Assembly (NCBI GenBank): GCA_016794725.1
Contig: JAEUGZ010000564.1
Location: 1-50,484, forward strand
Source: Opitutaceae bacterium
GTDB taxonomy: Bacteria; Verrucomicrobiota; Verrucomicrobiia; Opitutales; Opitutaceae
Length of the DNA stretch: 50,484 nt
Direction: 5' to 3'
This document shows positions 26,074 through 36,947 of this stretch, piece by piece. The notes beneath the pieces are model-generated. The model saw only the letters and a list, made by a program, of their open reading frames with translations, ran no database searches and was not told where the DNA came from. The translations under genes and the position numbers were made by a program. Position 1 is the first letter of the stretch. Each line of letters begins with the position of its first letter.

Positions 26074-27153
26074 TCAGTTTTTCAGAACCTTGACCGGCGC
26101 CCCAGGTCGCACCTGGTGCGCTCCGGCCACGATCACCTGATCGCCCGAGCGGATTCCCTCAAGAATCTCAATGTCCGCCTCGCGGCGCGTTCCCACCCGA
26201 ACTCGCCGACGTTCCGCAACCCCTTCCTTGACCACCATGAGATCGGCCCCGTCGGAACCCATGACCAGCGAGGGGGCCGGCACCATCAGGGCGTCGAGGG
26301 TGCTCCGGGCGATCCAGACCACCCGCGCCAGCGATCCGGTTCGCAACGCGAGGTCGGGATTTCTCCCCCGGGCCCGCACGAGGAGGGTGCGGGTGCCCTC
26401 ATCCACTTTCGGCTCAATCGCAAAGACCTCGGCCTCATATTCGCGGGCGTCCCCTGCGACAGAAAATCGCACCGGCTGGCCGACCTGTATCCGATGTGCA
26501 TGACGCTCAGCCAGGAAGAAATCCACATTCACGGGATCGAGCGACTCGATGGTCGCAAACCGCGTCGAGGATGACACCACCGCGCCCACGCTGATGTTGC
26601 GCAATCCAATGATGCCATCAAACGGTGCCACCAGCGTCGTCTTGGCGAGTTGGGCTCTGACCACCTCCTCCTCCGCCTTCTGCACCGCAGCCTCGGTCAC
26701 CGCTCCATCGAAGTCCTGGAGATTGGCAAAACCGCCCTCACGCAGGGGACGGAGCCGCTCGACGCGCAGGTCGGCCAGTCGTCGTCGCTGCACAATACGC
26801 TCCAGTCCGGCGCGCAGCTCCACGTCGTCCAGCTTGACGAGGATTGCTCCCTTGCGAACGGGCTGGCCCTCCTGAAATCCGATTGTCAGGACCCGCCCGG
26901 CGATCTCCGTCTGAATCTCCACACGTTCACTGGCACGCACCGTGCCCGCAGCCACAATCCGCTCCTCCAGCATCTTTGGCTCCACCTTCACCACCCGCAC
27001 CGCAAGAGGCTCCCGCTCCCGGCCCCGGGAGGATGATCCCGAGCCCTCGCGGGACACTTTCGGCCGCGTCCCATGCCACCACGCACCGGCCCCAAATCCG
27101 CCGGAAAGGAGGAGCAATGCGCCAATCAGAGGCAGGAATCGAAATTTGAACAT
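26074..27153 (-). CDS. RND efflux periplasmic adaptor (membrane fusion protein, HlyD family)
   Basis: N-terminal anchor MFKFRFLPLIGALLLLSGG, a lipoyl/hairpin region and APFDGIIG. The stop lies 2 nt before the RND start. Confidence 0.85.
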   Translation of the reverse strand: MFKFRFLPLIGALLLLSGGFGAGAWWHGTRPKVSREGSGSSSRGREREPLAVRVVKVEPKMLEERIVAAGTVRASERVEIQTEIAGRVLTIGFQEGQPVRKGAILVKLDDVELRAGLERIVQRRRLADLRVERLRPLREGGFANLQDFDGAVTEAAVQKAEEEVVRAQLAKTTLVAPFDGIIGLRNISVGAVVSSSTRFATIESLDPVNVDFFLAERHAHRIQVGQPVRFSVAGDAREYEAEVFAIEPKVDEGTRTLLVRARGRNPDLALRTGSLARVVWIARSTLDALMVPAPSLVMGSDGADLMVVKEGVAERRRVRVGTRREADIEILEGIRSGDQVIVAGAHQVRPGAPVKVLKN

Positions 27154-27181
27154 GACGAGTCCGCACACGGGATGCAGACAG

Positions 27182-27203
27182 TAAGTGAGTTATCACTCAC
27201 TTA
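27182..27203. promoter_or_regulatory. 22-bp near-perfect palindrome, a candidate operator in the divergent promoter region
   Basis: TAAGTGAGT-TATC-ACTCACTTA is self-complementary at 20 of 22 positions. It lies 29 nt upstream of the adaptor ATG (27153), between the divergent pump operon and the DsbA-like gene. Confidence 0.35.
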
Positions 27204-27373
27204 GCTTAAACCATGCTACCGATGAGATTCCTCAATGAAACTTTGTCATCCTCAACCATGCCATCGGCGTGCAAAACGGCCGGCCGGTGCACTGGCGGAA
27301 AATACAGCCAGCTGCACCCTCGCGTCCGCCTGTCCAATTGACCCGCCGACACGGGGGCCGCAGGTTTCAACCC

Positions 27374-28045
27374 ATGTCCTCCCCTGTCACTGTCACCTAC
27401 TACCTCGAAGTCATTTCCTCCTGGTGCCATTGGGTCGAGCCCACGTGGCACCGGCTTCAGGAAGCGTATGCCGGGCGCGTGAACTTCGCCTGGAAGGTCG
27501 CGTTGATGAGTCCGGGTGACTTCCCAGTTTCGGAATCGCAATGCCGGTGGTTTTATCGTCGCAGCGGGACGATTATGCGGTCGCCCTATGCGCTCAATTC
27601 GGGATGGTTCGAAGCCGGCCGGGAAGGTCACTATGAAGCACCCAACCTGGTGGCCGAGGCGGGCCGCGACTTTATCGGGGCCGCGGACGAACGTATCCGA
27701 CTCGCGCTGAATCACGCGGCCGTGCGCGACGGCCGCAAGATCGGCGACCTCGCGATTGCATCGGAAGTCGCCGCCGCCGCCGTGGGAATCTCCGCCGCGG
27801 CATTGCGCGCCGCCGCCGAGTCCGTCGCCGTCCGGGCCCGGGTCGACGCCAGCACGGCGGAGTTCCATGCGCACCAGATCAGTCAGCGTCCCGCTTTCAT
27901 CCTCGGCAATACCATCGGGGACAAGGTGGTCGTTTCCGGCCTCACCCGCTACGAGACGCTCGCCGCCGCCATCGACGGACTCCTCATCGACGCCGAAGCC
28001 TATGCCAGCCACGCCGCACACTTCGGCGGCCCGCCGGCGACCTGA
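27374..28045 (+). CDS. DsbA-family thioredoxin-fold protein (HCCA-isomerase/FrnE-like)
   Basis: N-terminal YYLEVISSWCHWVEP has SSWC (27416-27427) where CPWC is expected. A helical insert follows, then RPAFILGNTIGDKVVVSG. Start taken at ATG 27374. Confidence 0.6.
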   Translation: MSSPVTVTYYLEVISSWCHWVEPTWHRLQEAYAGRVNFAWKVALMSPGDFPVSESQCRWFYRRSGTIMRSPYALNSGWFEAGREGHYEAPNLVAEAGRDFIGAADERIRLALNHAAVRDGRKIGDLAIASEVAAAAVGISAAALRAAAESVAVRARVDASTAEFHAHQISQRPAFILGNTIGDKVVVSGLTRYETLAAAIDGLLIDAEAYASHAAHFGGPPAT

Positions 28046-28191
28046 TGGAGTGATTGACCCATCGCGACCTTCCCGCGACTGCGCATGCGCACCTGCGGGG
28101 TCCGCCTCCCACGAAACCCCTGCACCCGTCCACCGGACTCCGGGCGGATTTCGCTCTTCACCTCGCCTCTCTCCGCGGTCAGCGTGCCGCC

Positions 28192-28680
28192 ATGGACCCC
28201 CGGTGGAATTTGTCGCACGCGCGTGGTTACCTCGAACTCGGCATGTTGAAGGAAGCCGCGTCCGAGTTGGATGCGCTCCCGCCCGCCCTCGCCGCGTCCG
28301 AGGAGGCCCTGGCGGTGCGGGCCAGCCTTCACCAGGAGCGGAAGGACTGGCCGGCCCTTCAGATTGTATCTAAACAATTGGTACAGATCCGGCCCGACTC
28401 CGCCGGCGCGTGGGTCATGTGGGCCTACGCCACCCGCCGGGCCGAGTCACTCGGCTCCGCCGAACGCATCCTGACCGAAGCACGGGCACTTCACCCCAAG
28501 GAACCCACCGTGCTGTTCAACCTGGGCTGCTACGCCTGCCAGCGGGGCGACCTGGCCGCCGCCCGCAGTCTGGTGGAAGCTGCCATCGCACTCGACTCGT
28601 CCTTTGTGACGCTCGCCCGGCAGGACGATGACCTCGCCCCGCTGCGCGCGAGCCGGTGGAGCCCGCCTTCGTCGGTCTAG
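28192..28680 (+). CDS. TPR-repeat protein
   Basis: Helical repeats: GYLELGMLKEAASELDAL, AWVMWAYATRRAESLGSAERIL and LFNLGCYACQRGDLAAARSLVEAAIAL. The start is uncertain; a TTG at 28054 is also possible. Confidence 0.55.
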   Translation: MDPRWNLSHARGYLELGMLKEAASELDALPPALAASEEALAVRASLHQERKDWPALQIVSKQLVQIRPDSAGAWVMWAYATRRAESLGSAERILTEARALHPKEPTVLFNLGCYACQRGDLAAARSLVEAAIALDSSFVTLARQDDDLAPLRASRWSPPSSV

Positions 28681-28942
28681 ACACGGACCCATGCCTCCCT
28701 GCGCAAATCCTGCCAATTTGCGCGGCAGTTTTCCCAAGATATGCGGAGCAGAATTCTGCCGTTCTGGCATCCTGTGTCTCGTCAAGCGTCGCTGGTGGAC
28801 GCCAGACAAACGCCTTCGGAATCCATGAGACCCTCCCTCACCGCCACCGCCCTCCGTTCGGGCGCGAGCGACCTGGGAAGACTCAGCCGAAAGTAAGACA
28901 TCTTGGCGTGGGCCAACGGTTCAACCCACGTCAGTAGACAAC

Positions 28943-28991
28943 AACCGCCGGTGCGAAAGTTATGTGGGGTCGCGCCGGCGGTTCTGTTTTT
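28943..28991 (+). terminator. Rho-independent terminator
   Basis: aaccgccggtgcg...cgcgccggcggtt forms a 13-bp stem including one G-U pair, followed by cUGUUUUU. It lies 260 nt downstream of the nearest + strand stop. Confidence 0.6.
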
Positions 28992-29032
28992 CCAGGACTC
29001 CCCTCCTCCGTTGTTTCCCCTGCAACGGTTGC

Positions 29033-29070
29033 GCCCGATCGATCCCCCTGGGTCGATCGGGCATTTTCTT
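29033..29070 (+). terminator. Second rho-independent terminator-like hairpin
   Basis: gcccgatcga/tcgatcgggc form a perfect 10-bp stem with a 10-nt loop, followed by aUUUUcUU. Confidence 0.5.
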
Positions 29071-29142
29071 GGTCAAATTTTCAGCCCTTTCTAGGCAGTT
29101 TTGCGTCTAGGCTTGGCGCCCCGAGTCCCCTAGAACGGACCG

Positions 29143-30036
29143 GTGCTTCGCATCCACCCCATCACCGGCCTCGATCTGCCTGCTTTGGTCCCCTACCGGA
29201 CCCTGCGGTACGCGACCGTGCACGCTTCCGCCGGCATTTTTGTGGCCGAAGGTCCGTCCGTGGTGGCACGGCTGATGTGTTCGCCGTTGACCATCAAATC
29301 CTTGCTGGTCACGGAGCGGTGGTACGCCGAACTCGCTCCCTCCCTGGCGCTCCGCAGCGAAGCGATCGACGTATTTGTCGTTGCCAATGATGCACTTTTG
29401 AAAGAAATTGTCGGTTTTGACCTGTTTAATGGGGTTCTGGCGGTGGCTGCGATTCCTCCGGCTCCGAGTTGGGACGAAGTCTTTGCCCGGACCCGGTCAC
29501 CCCGGCTTTGGGTCGCGCTTGACGGGCTCGCCCAGGCCGAAAACGTGGGCGGCATTGCCCGGAGCGCAGCCGCCTTCGGGGCGGACTGCCTGCTCATCGG
29601 GGAAACGTGTTCTCCCCCCTGGGTTCGACGGACCGTCCGGGCTTCCATGGGCACCCTGCTCGACCTGACCGTGGTTCCGTCCACCCATCTTGCCGCTGAT
29701 CTGCGCCGTCTGCAGGACCAGGGAGTCTCCTGCACGGTCGCGGACGCCCACGGTTCCGTGCCACTGACCTCGCTCCCGCTGACGGGAGACGTTTGCCTGG
29801 TGTTTGGCAGCGAAGGGGCGGGGGTCCGACCCGAGGTTCGGGATGCCTGCGGAACCAGCGCGTCGATCGCGATGGCGCCGGGGATCGATTCCCTCAACGT
29901 CGCGGCCGCCGCCGCGGTCTTTCTTTACGAAACCTCCCGGCAACGGGGCACCGTGGCCAATTCGCATGTCCCCGGTGTGGCTCACTCCGCGGCTCGCGCG
30001 GGAACGACCGGCGGAACCGTCGCCGCGAGCGGTTGA
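29143..30036 (+). CDS. TrmH/SpoU-family RNA 2'-O-methyltransferase
   Basis: LDGLAQAENVGGIARSAAAFG, VFGSEGAGV and IAMAPGIDSLNVAAAAAVFLYE are the three SpoU motifs. GTG start. Confidence 0.8.
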   Translation: MLRIHPITGLDLPALVPYRTLRYATVHASAGIFVAEGPSVVARLMCSPLTIKSLLVTERWYAELAPSLALRSEAIDVFVVANDALLKEIVGFDLFNGVLAVAAIPPAPSWDEVFARTRSPRLWVALDGLAQAENVGGIARSAAAFGADCLLIGETCSPPWVRRTVRASMGTLLDLTVVPSTHLAADLRRLQDQGVSCTVADAHGSVPLTSLPLTGDVCLVFGSEGAGVRPEVRDACGTSASIAMAPGIDSLNVAAAAAVFLYETSRQRGTVANSHVPGVAHSAARAGTTGGTVAASG

Positions 30037-30071
30037 GTGGCGTTTTTACGCAAGTTGGTTCCTATCGAGAG

Positions 30072-30290
30072 ATGATCGTCATTCGGCGGCAAATCGACCG
30101 CACGCGCGCCTATACGGCCATTTTCCTTCCTGGGGAGCCCCCACGGGTGTTTCCGACGTCCGACTACGAGCACGCACGCATCCTGCAAATCTACAAACAG
30201 GACCGTCCCCATCCCGGGATCGAGAACGACTTCACCGATTTTCCGTTTTCCTCCCCGACCGCTCCACATTCGTCCAAACCACCGGCCTAG
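30072..30290 (+). CDS. Possible small hypothetical protein (72 aa)
   Basis: ATG ORF MIVIRRQIDRTRAYTAIFLPGEPPRVFPTSDYEHARILQIYKQDRPHPGIENDF... It has a protein-like composition and a G/C third-position bias, and sits in the 420-nt gap before icd. I see no recognisable homology. Confidence 0.3.
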   Translation: MIVIRRQIDRTRAYTAIFLPGEPPRVFPTSDYEHARILQIYKQDRPHPGIENDFTDFPFSSPTAPHSSKPPA

Positions 30291-32681
<2,391 letters not shown>

Positions 32682-32910
32682 TCCGTGAGAGCCCGCCCGC
32701 CCGTGTTCCCCGGGCGGGCATCCCCGCGGCTTGCTGGTGGCTTCGAGGCGGAGGGTTTCGAGCTCCCACCCCGGCTCAGCGCAACCGTCCGCTCCCAGGT
32801 GGACCAGGGGTGGAATCCGCGGGTCGGGGCCCAGCGCCCCCCCGGGGACAGGGACATCGTGCAACCTACGGACCGGGAGCACGGCCTTTGATACATAAAA
32901 ACCGCGATTG

Positions 32911-33031
32911 AACCACGGATGGACACGGATCAACACGGATACAAACGAGTTGAGCCAAAGTGGGCACTCACCTTGCAGGTGAAGAACCGCTTGTAGACCG
33001 AATCCGCGTTTATCTGTGTCCATCCGTGGTT
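32911..33031. repeat. Imperfect inverted repeat with 30-nt arms, each carrying three 10-bp-phased CACGGAT heptads
   Basis: The left arm is aaccacggat-ggacacggat-caacacggat (32911-32940). The right arm (33002-33031) matches its reverse complement at 27 of 30 positions. The spacer is 61 nt. It lies 230 nt downstream of icd. Confidence 0.6.
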
Positions 33032-33411
33032 TATGAACGGATCGATTCGTTACAGCTGCGGAAAATAGGTTGATTCGTGGTTCTCAGCCAAATACCTAGC
33101 CGCGTTCGCCGACCGGCGAGAGGGAGCGATTCGGCCTGCGTCAAATGAGCCAGGCATTCTCAACTTTATCACATTCAGCGATATAGAGCGTTCGATCTGA
33201 AAGAAAGTTGGGGAGCCGGCTGGATGCTCAGCGACAGGCAGGTCGCTCAAGTGAAGGACGTAGCGGGACGAAGAACACCGTGAGCGACTCACTTCTTTTC
33301 TGGCGTGGCCTGCGACTCCCGACCGTGCGTATCGGGATCTCGCAGAGTCGCTCCGGAGAAAGACTCCCTGCAGCTCACGCCGGCGCCAGTGTTTCCAGCG
33401 ACACTTTTATC

Positions 33412-35022
33412 ATGAGTACACCTTTGCCTCGCACCTCGGCGGCCTTGGAGCACCCGAGGTTGACGCTCAGAAAACGGCTTCTTCTCCTCTGCGGCCTTCC
33501 CTTGGTTGGCCTGCTGGTGATGATCACCGCCGCCTGCCTGAGCACGCGTTCCGCCTTGGTTTCAATTCGCGAGGCAACGACCGAGTCCGCACCGCTTGCG
33601 GATCTGGCGCGGAAGCTCCAAATTGAGATTGGCTCACTCCAGGACATCTTCACCGATCTCTCGGCGACGCGCAATGTTCAGGAGAAGGACGCGTGTTGGG
33701 CCGCGGCGGAAAAGGCGCGCGGCCTGTTTCATGAGCACCTGAAACGTTTTGAGGAGAATGCGGTTTCTCACGGCAACGCCTCCCAGCGCGATCGCGTCTT
33801 GGAAATCGGCAAGGCCGTCGATGCGTTTGTGCTTTCGGGGCAGGCCATGGCGACGGCCTTCCTGACCCAGGGAACGGAACACGGGAATGTGGTCATGGCC
33901 TCCTTCGATGCCGCGGCGGATCGGCTGCACACCCTGTTGGAGCCGTTCGTTGACGAGTATGTGGTCCGTTTCAATGAACGCCTGCGAGAAACCGAAGCAC
34001 AGCAAGTCAATCTGAACCGATGGTCGTTGATCGGCGGGACCGGACTGGTGGTCTTGACCCTCGTGGTTGCGGTCTTCTTCAACCGTTCAATTCTCCGCAG
34101 CCTCTACGAATTGAGCGAAGTGCTGCATTCTGCGGCGTCTCAGAACCTGGCGCTGGCCGACAAGATCTCCGAGGCGAGCCGGTCGCTGGCCGAAGGCGCG
34201 AGCGCGCAGGCCGCGTCCCTGGAGGAAACATCCGCATCATTGGAGGAAATCTCCAGCATGACCAAGAGCAATGCCTCGAACTCGCAGCAGGCCAACCAGG
34301 CCGCGAGTCAGACCCGGACCGTGGCCGACACCGGCAGCGGGCAGATGGAGGCGATGCAGTCGGCGATGAATGCGATCAAATCGGCCAGCGACGACATCAC
34401 CAAGATTCTCAAGACGATCGATGAAATCGCCTTCCAAACCAATCTGCTCGCCCTGAACGCCGCGGTCGAGGCCGCACGCGCGGGCGAGGCGGGAGCCGGA
34501 TTCGCCGTGGTGGCCGGCGAGGTCCGCGCCCTCGCCCAGCGGTCCGCGGCCGCCGCCCGGGAGACCGCTGCGAAAATCGAGGAATCGGTCAATCGCAGCC
34601 GGCACGGCGTTGAGATCAGCGCCAACGTCGGTCAGAGCTTCAACCTCATTCGTGAACAGATTCGAACATTGGATACGCTGGTGGGTGAAATCGCGACGGC
34701 CTCAACCGAGCAGAGCCAGGGAATCGGTCAGTTGAACGTCACCGTGACGGAACTCGACCGGATCACCCAGGCGAGCGCGTCTCGCGCCGAGGAATCGGCC
34801 ACCATGGCCGCCGACCTGAAGGTCCAGGCCTCCGAACTGTCCATCACCGTGGGCATCCTGCTGACGCTGCTGGGAGGCCGACGGCGCAATGACAAGCTGG
34901 GACTTCCCGGAGAGCGCCGGCCGGGCGGTCGGCGGCGGTCCGATCGGGCTTCCGAGCCCGCCGGTTCCGCGCCGGGACTTGCATCCCCACCGCTGAGGCC
35001 GACCGCCACCTTGGCGAAATGA
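33412..35022 (+). CDS. Methyl-accepting chemotaxis protein
   Basis: Two TM segments flank a helical periplasmic domain. The signalling hairpin [43 protein letters not shown] is highly conserved. Start at ATG 33412. Confidence 0.88.
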   Translation: MSTPLPRTSAALEHPRLTLRKRLLLLCGLPLVGLLVMITAACLSTRSALVSIREATTESAPLADLARKLQIEIGSLQDIFTDLSATRNVQEKDACWAAAEKARGLFHEHLKRFEENAVSHGNASQRDRVLEIGKAVDAFVLSGQAMATAFLTQGTEHGNVVMASFDAAADRLHTLLEPFVDEYVVRFNERLRETEAQQVNLNRWSLIGGTGLVVLTLVVAVFFNRSILRSLYELSEVLHSAASQNLALADKISEASRSLAEGASAQAASLEETSASLEEISSMTKSNASNSQQANQAASQTRTVADTGSGQMEAMQSAMNAIKSASDDITKILKTIDEIAFQTNLLALNAAVEAARAGEAGAGFAVVAGEVRALAQRSAAAARETAAKIEESVNRSRHGVEISANVGQSFNLIREQIRTLDTLVGEIATASTEQSQGIGQLNVTVTELDRITQASASRAEESATMAADLKVQASELSITVGILLTLLGGRRRNDKLGLPGERRPGGRRRSDRASEPAGSAPGLASPPLRPTATLAK

Positions 35023-35125
35023 GGACCGTCAGGGTAACAATAGGCTGATCTCGCTTCACACCACCCGAACCAGGTTCACGCGCAAACACGGGCGGGCATG
35101 CATTCGGCACGCAGGTTCCCGCGCT

Positions 35126-35542
35126 TCAGGCAGGAGGACGTCCGCGCACGTCGGCCAGCACCGGACTGACCTCTGCAATCGGACGCACCTCCACCGTCAA
35201 TCCGAGCGGGAGACCGGGACACCCCTTCGCGATTTCCGTGGCCTCCTCCATGTCCGCAACCGTCAGGAAAAAGTACCCTCCCACCGCCTCCTTGGCCTCG
35301 GCGTAGGGGCCGTCCACCACCACCTGGCCACGGTCACCCGAAACCACACGGCCGGTCAGCTCGAGGGGACGTCCATGCTGGACCTTGCCTTGGCGTGCGA
35401 GTGACTCGTACCACGCGTTCCATTGCCCGGCGAGTTCACGCTGTTGCTCCGGAGAGAGATGGGCATGGGTGTCCGGTCCGGCGTTGCGAAAGAGGAGGAG
35501 AAAAGGAACGTGCGATGTGGAGGACGGAGATACAGAGGCCAT
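35126..35542 (-). CDS. YciI/YCII-related (DGPF-motif) family protein
   Basis: FLLLFRNAG..., WNAWYESL and VVVDGPYAEAKEAVGGYFFLTVADMEEATEIAKGCP. Confidence 0.75.
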   Translation of the reverse strand: MASVSPSSTSHVPFLLLFRNAGPDTHAHLSPEQQRELAGQWNAWYESLARQGKVQHGRPLELTGRVVSGDRGQVVVDGPYAEAKEAVGGYFFLTVADMEEATEIAKGCPGLPLGLTVEVRPIAEVSPVLADVRGRPPA

Positions 35543-35630
35543 GGCGAAGATCGGGATGTCAATCGGAGCGTGCGCCGTCAAAAAACAAATACCTGCGTCA
35601 CACGGAGCGGATGCAGCCACCGCCGCCCCA

Positions 35631-36011
35631 TCAGTGGGAATCCGGGGGTGCCTCGCACTGATCGCCGGGCATGTGCGGACGCAACTCCAAGGTGCAGCCC
35701 GCGGCGAGTCCTGGAAAGCGACTCGCGAGGGTGCGCGCCTCCTCCAAGTCGCGGCAATCGATCACCTCGTAACCGCCCAGGACTTCGCGGCTTTCACTGA
35801 AGGGTCCGTCGGTCACAACAATGCGTCCCAAGCGATCCCGCAACGTGGTGGATTGCGAACTGGGCTGCAATCCGGTGGCCGAACGACTGTGACCGCTCCG
35901 GACCAGCTCCTGATGCCAGGCACCACACGCCCGGTGGATGCGGTTTTGTTCCTCTGCCGGTAGACACTGGAAGCGACGTTCGTCGAGGTAGATGAAAAGG
36001 GAGTAAAGCAT
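35631..36011 (-). CDS. YciI/YCII-related family protein, second copy
   Basis: MLYSLFIYLDE..., CGAWHQEL and IVVTDGPFSESREVLGGYEVIDCRDLEEARTLASRFP. Confidence 0.7.
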   Translation of the reverse strand: MLYSLFIYLDERRFQCLPAEEQNRIHRACGAWHQELVRSGHSRSATGLQPSSQSTTLRDRLGRIVVTDGPFSESREVLGGYEVIDCRDLEEARTLASRFPGLAAGCTLELRPHMPGDQCEAPPDSH

Positions 36012-36199
36012 GGCAAAGTAGGTCGGTGTAAGACTTGTCGAATTCAGGTGAGGAAATTCGACACCTGCAACGGCCGTGGGCTCATGGGTGCATTCAGGAA
36101 TGCAACCGAGAGATCCTCGCCCGCACTCCCTTTCTGCTCCCTCAATTCGGGCCCAATCGTGTCGATTCGTGGGCACCACGGGTTGGATCCCGTCACGCC

Positions 36200-36724
36200 A
36201 TGTTGCCCCACCCTCGCAGCCAGATCGTTGTGTCGCTGTGCCTGCTTGGGCTCTGCCTGCTGACCTGCGGGTGCGGGCAGGTCTCCCGACCGGCCGCGTC
36301 GCAAGCGGCAGATCGAGAAATCAGGGCACGTATCGCACGGATTCGCGAGGCCATCTTGGCCAAGTCGACTGCCGGGATCATCGCCTCGGCCACCGCGGAT
36401 TGGACATTTGCCGGCGCGGATGGAACACCGATCGACCGGGCGGCCTTTATCACCCGGACTGAGGCGCTCTTTGCCCGGGTGCGGACCATCGAATCCCTCG
36501 AAACACAGGTGGATCGCATTTCCTGGACCAGCCGCGTCGCCGCCGAGGTCGAGATCACCCAGACCATGGTCCGGACCGAACCGGCGGCCGATTCGGGTGC
36601 GGAGATCCGCCTTCGCCTCCGCTATCGGGAACGCCACACGTGGGTACACACCAACGAGGGTTGGCGGGTGCAGCGGGTGAGTTTCATTGGCCAGCCCGAG
36701 CGCACGATCCTCGCCCATCCCTAG
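36200..36724 (+). CDS. Putative lipoprotein with an NTF2-like (SnoaL/DUF4440-like) fold
   Basis: Signal and lipobox-like LLGLCLLTCGCG. The body (IREAILAKSTAGIIA...WTFAGADGTPIDRAAFI...HTWVHTNEGWRVQRVSF) resembles DUF4440-type proteins. Confidence 0.5.
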   Translation: MLPHPRSQIVVSLCLLGLCLLTCGCGQVSRPAASQAADREIRARIARIREAILAKSTAGIIASATADWTFAGADGTPIDRAAFITRTEALFARVRTIESLETQVDRISWTSRVAAEVEITQTMVRTEPAADSGAEIRLRLRYRERHTWVHTNEGWRVQRVSFIGQPERTILAHP

Positions 36725-36776
36725 GAACGTCGCCACCGAACCACCCCGTCCCAGTAACCGGACCTCGGTGTGGAGG

Positions 36777-36902
36777 CTACTTCTTTTTCTTCGCAACCTT
36801 GCCTCCGCCTGCGACCTTGGTCTGCGGCAGGGGATTCTGCTTCTGGTGGAAACGCTGGTTCGCCTTCAAATCGCGCTTGGTTGGCAGGTACTTGGCTCCC
36901 AT
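36777..36902 (-). CDS. Possible 41-aa Lys/Gln-rich basic micro-protein
   Basis: My own translation is MGAKYLPTKRDLKANQRFHQKQNPLPQTKVAGGGKVAKKKK. It lies 45 nt downstream of the AlkD-like gene on the same strand and falls below the ORF-track length cutoff. Confidence 0.3.
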   Translation of the reverse strand: MGAKYLPTKRDLKANQRFHQKQNPLPQTKVAGGGKVAKKKK

Positions 36903-36947
36903 GGCCTCTAGGGCGGCAAGGTTGGGACCTCCCGGCAATCACATTCG

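Noticed and set aside
35126-36011. A tandem pair of small YciI/DGPF-family genes, considered as a possible toxin-antitoxin-like or sigma-factor-linked module.
   Set aside because: Both are ordinary YciI-like proteins. They are separated by about 90 nt, and no ECF sigma factor or nuclease/toxin fold is nearby. Nothing in the sequence goes beyond paralogy.
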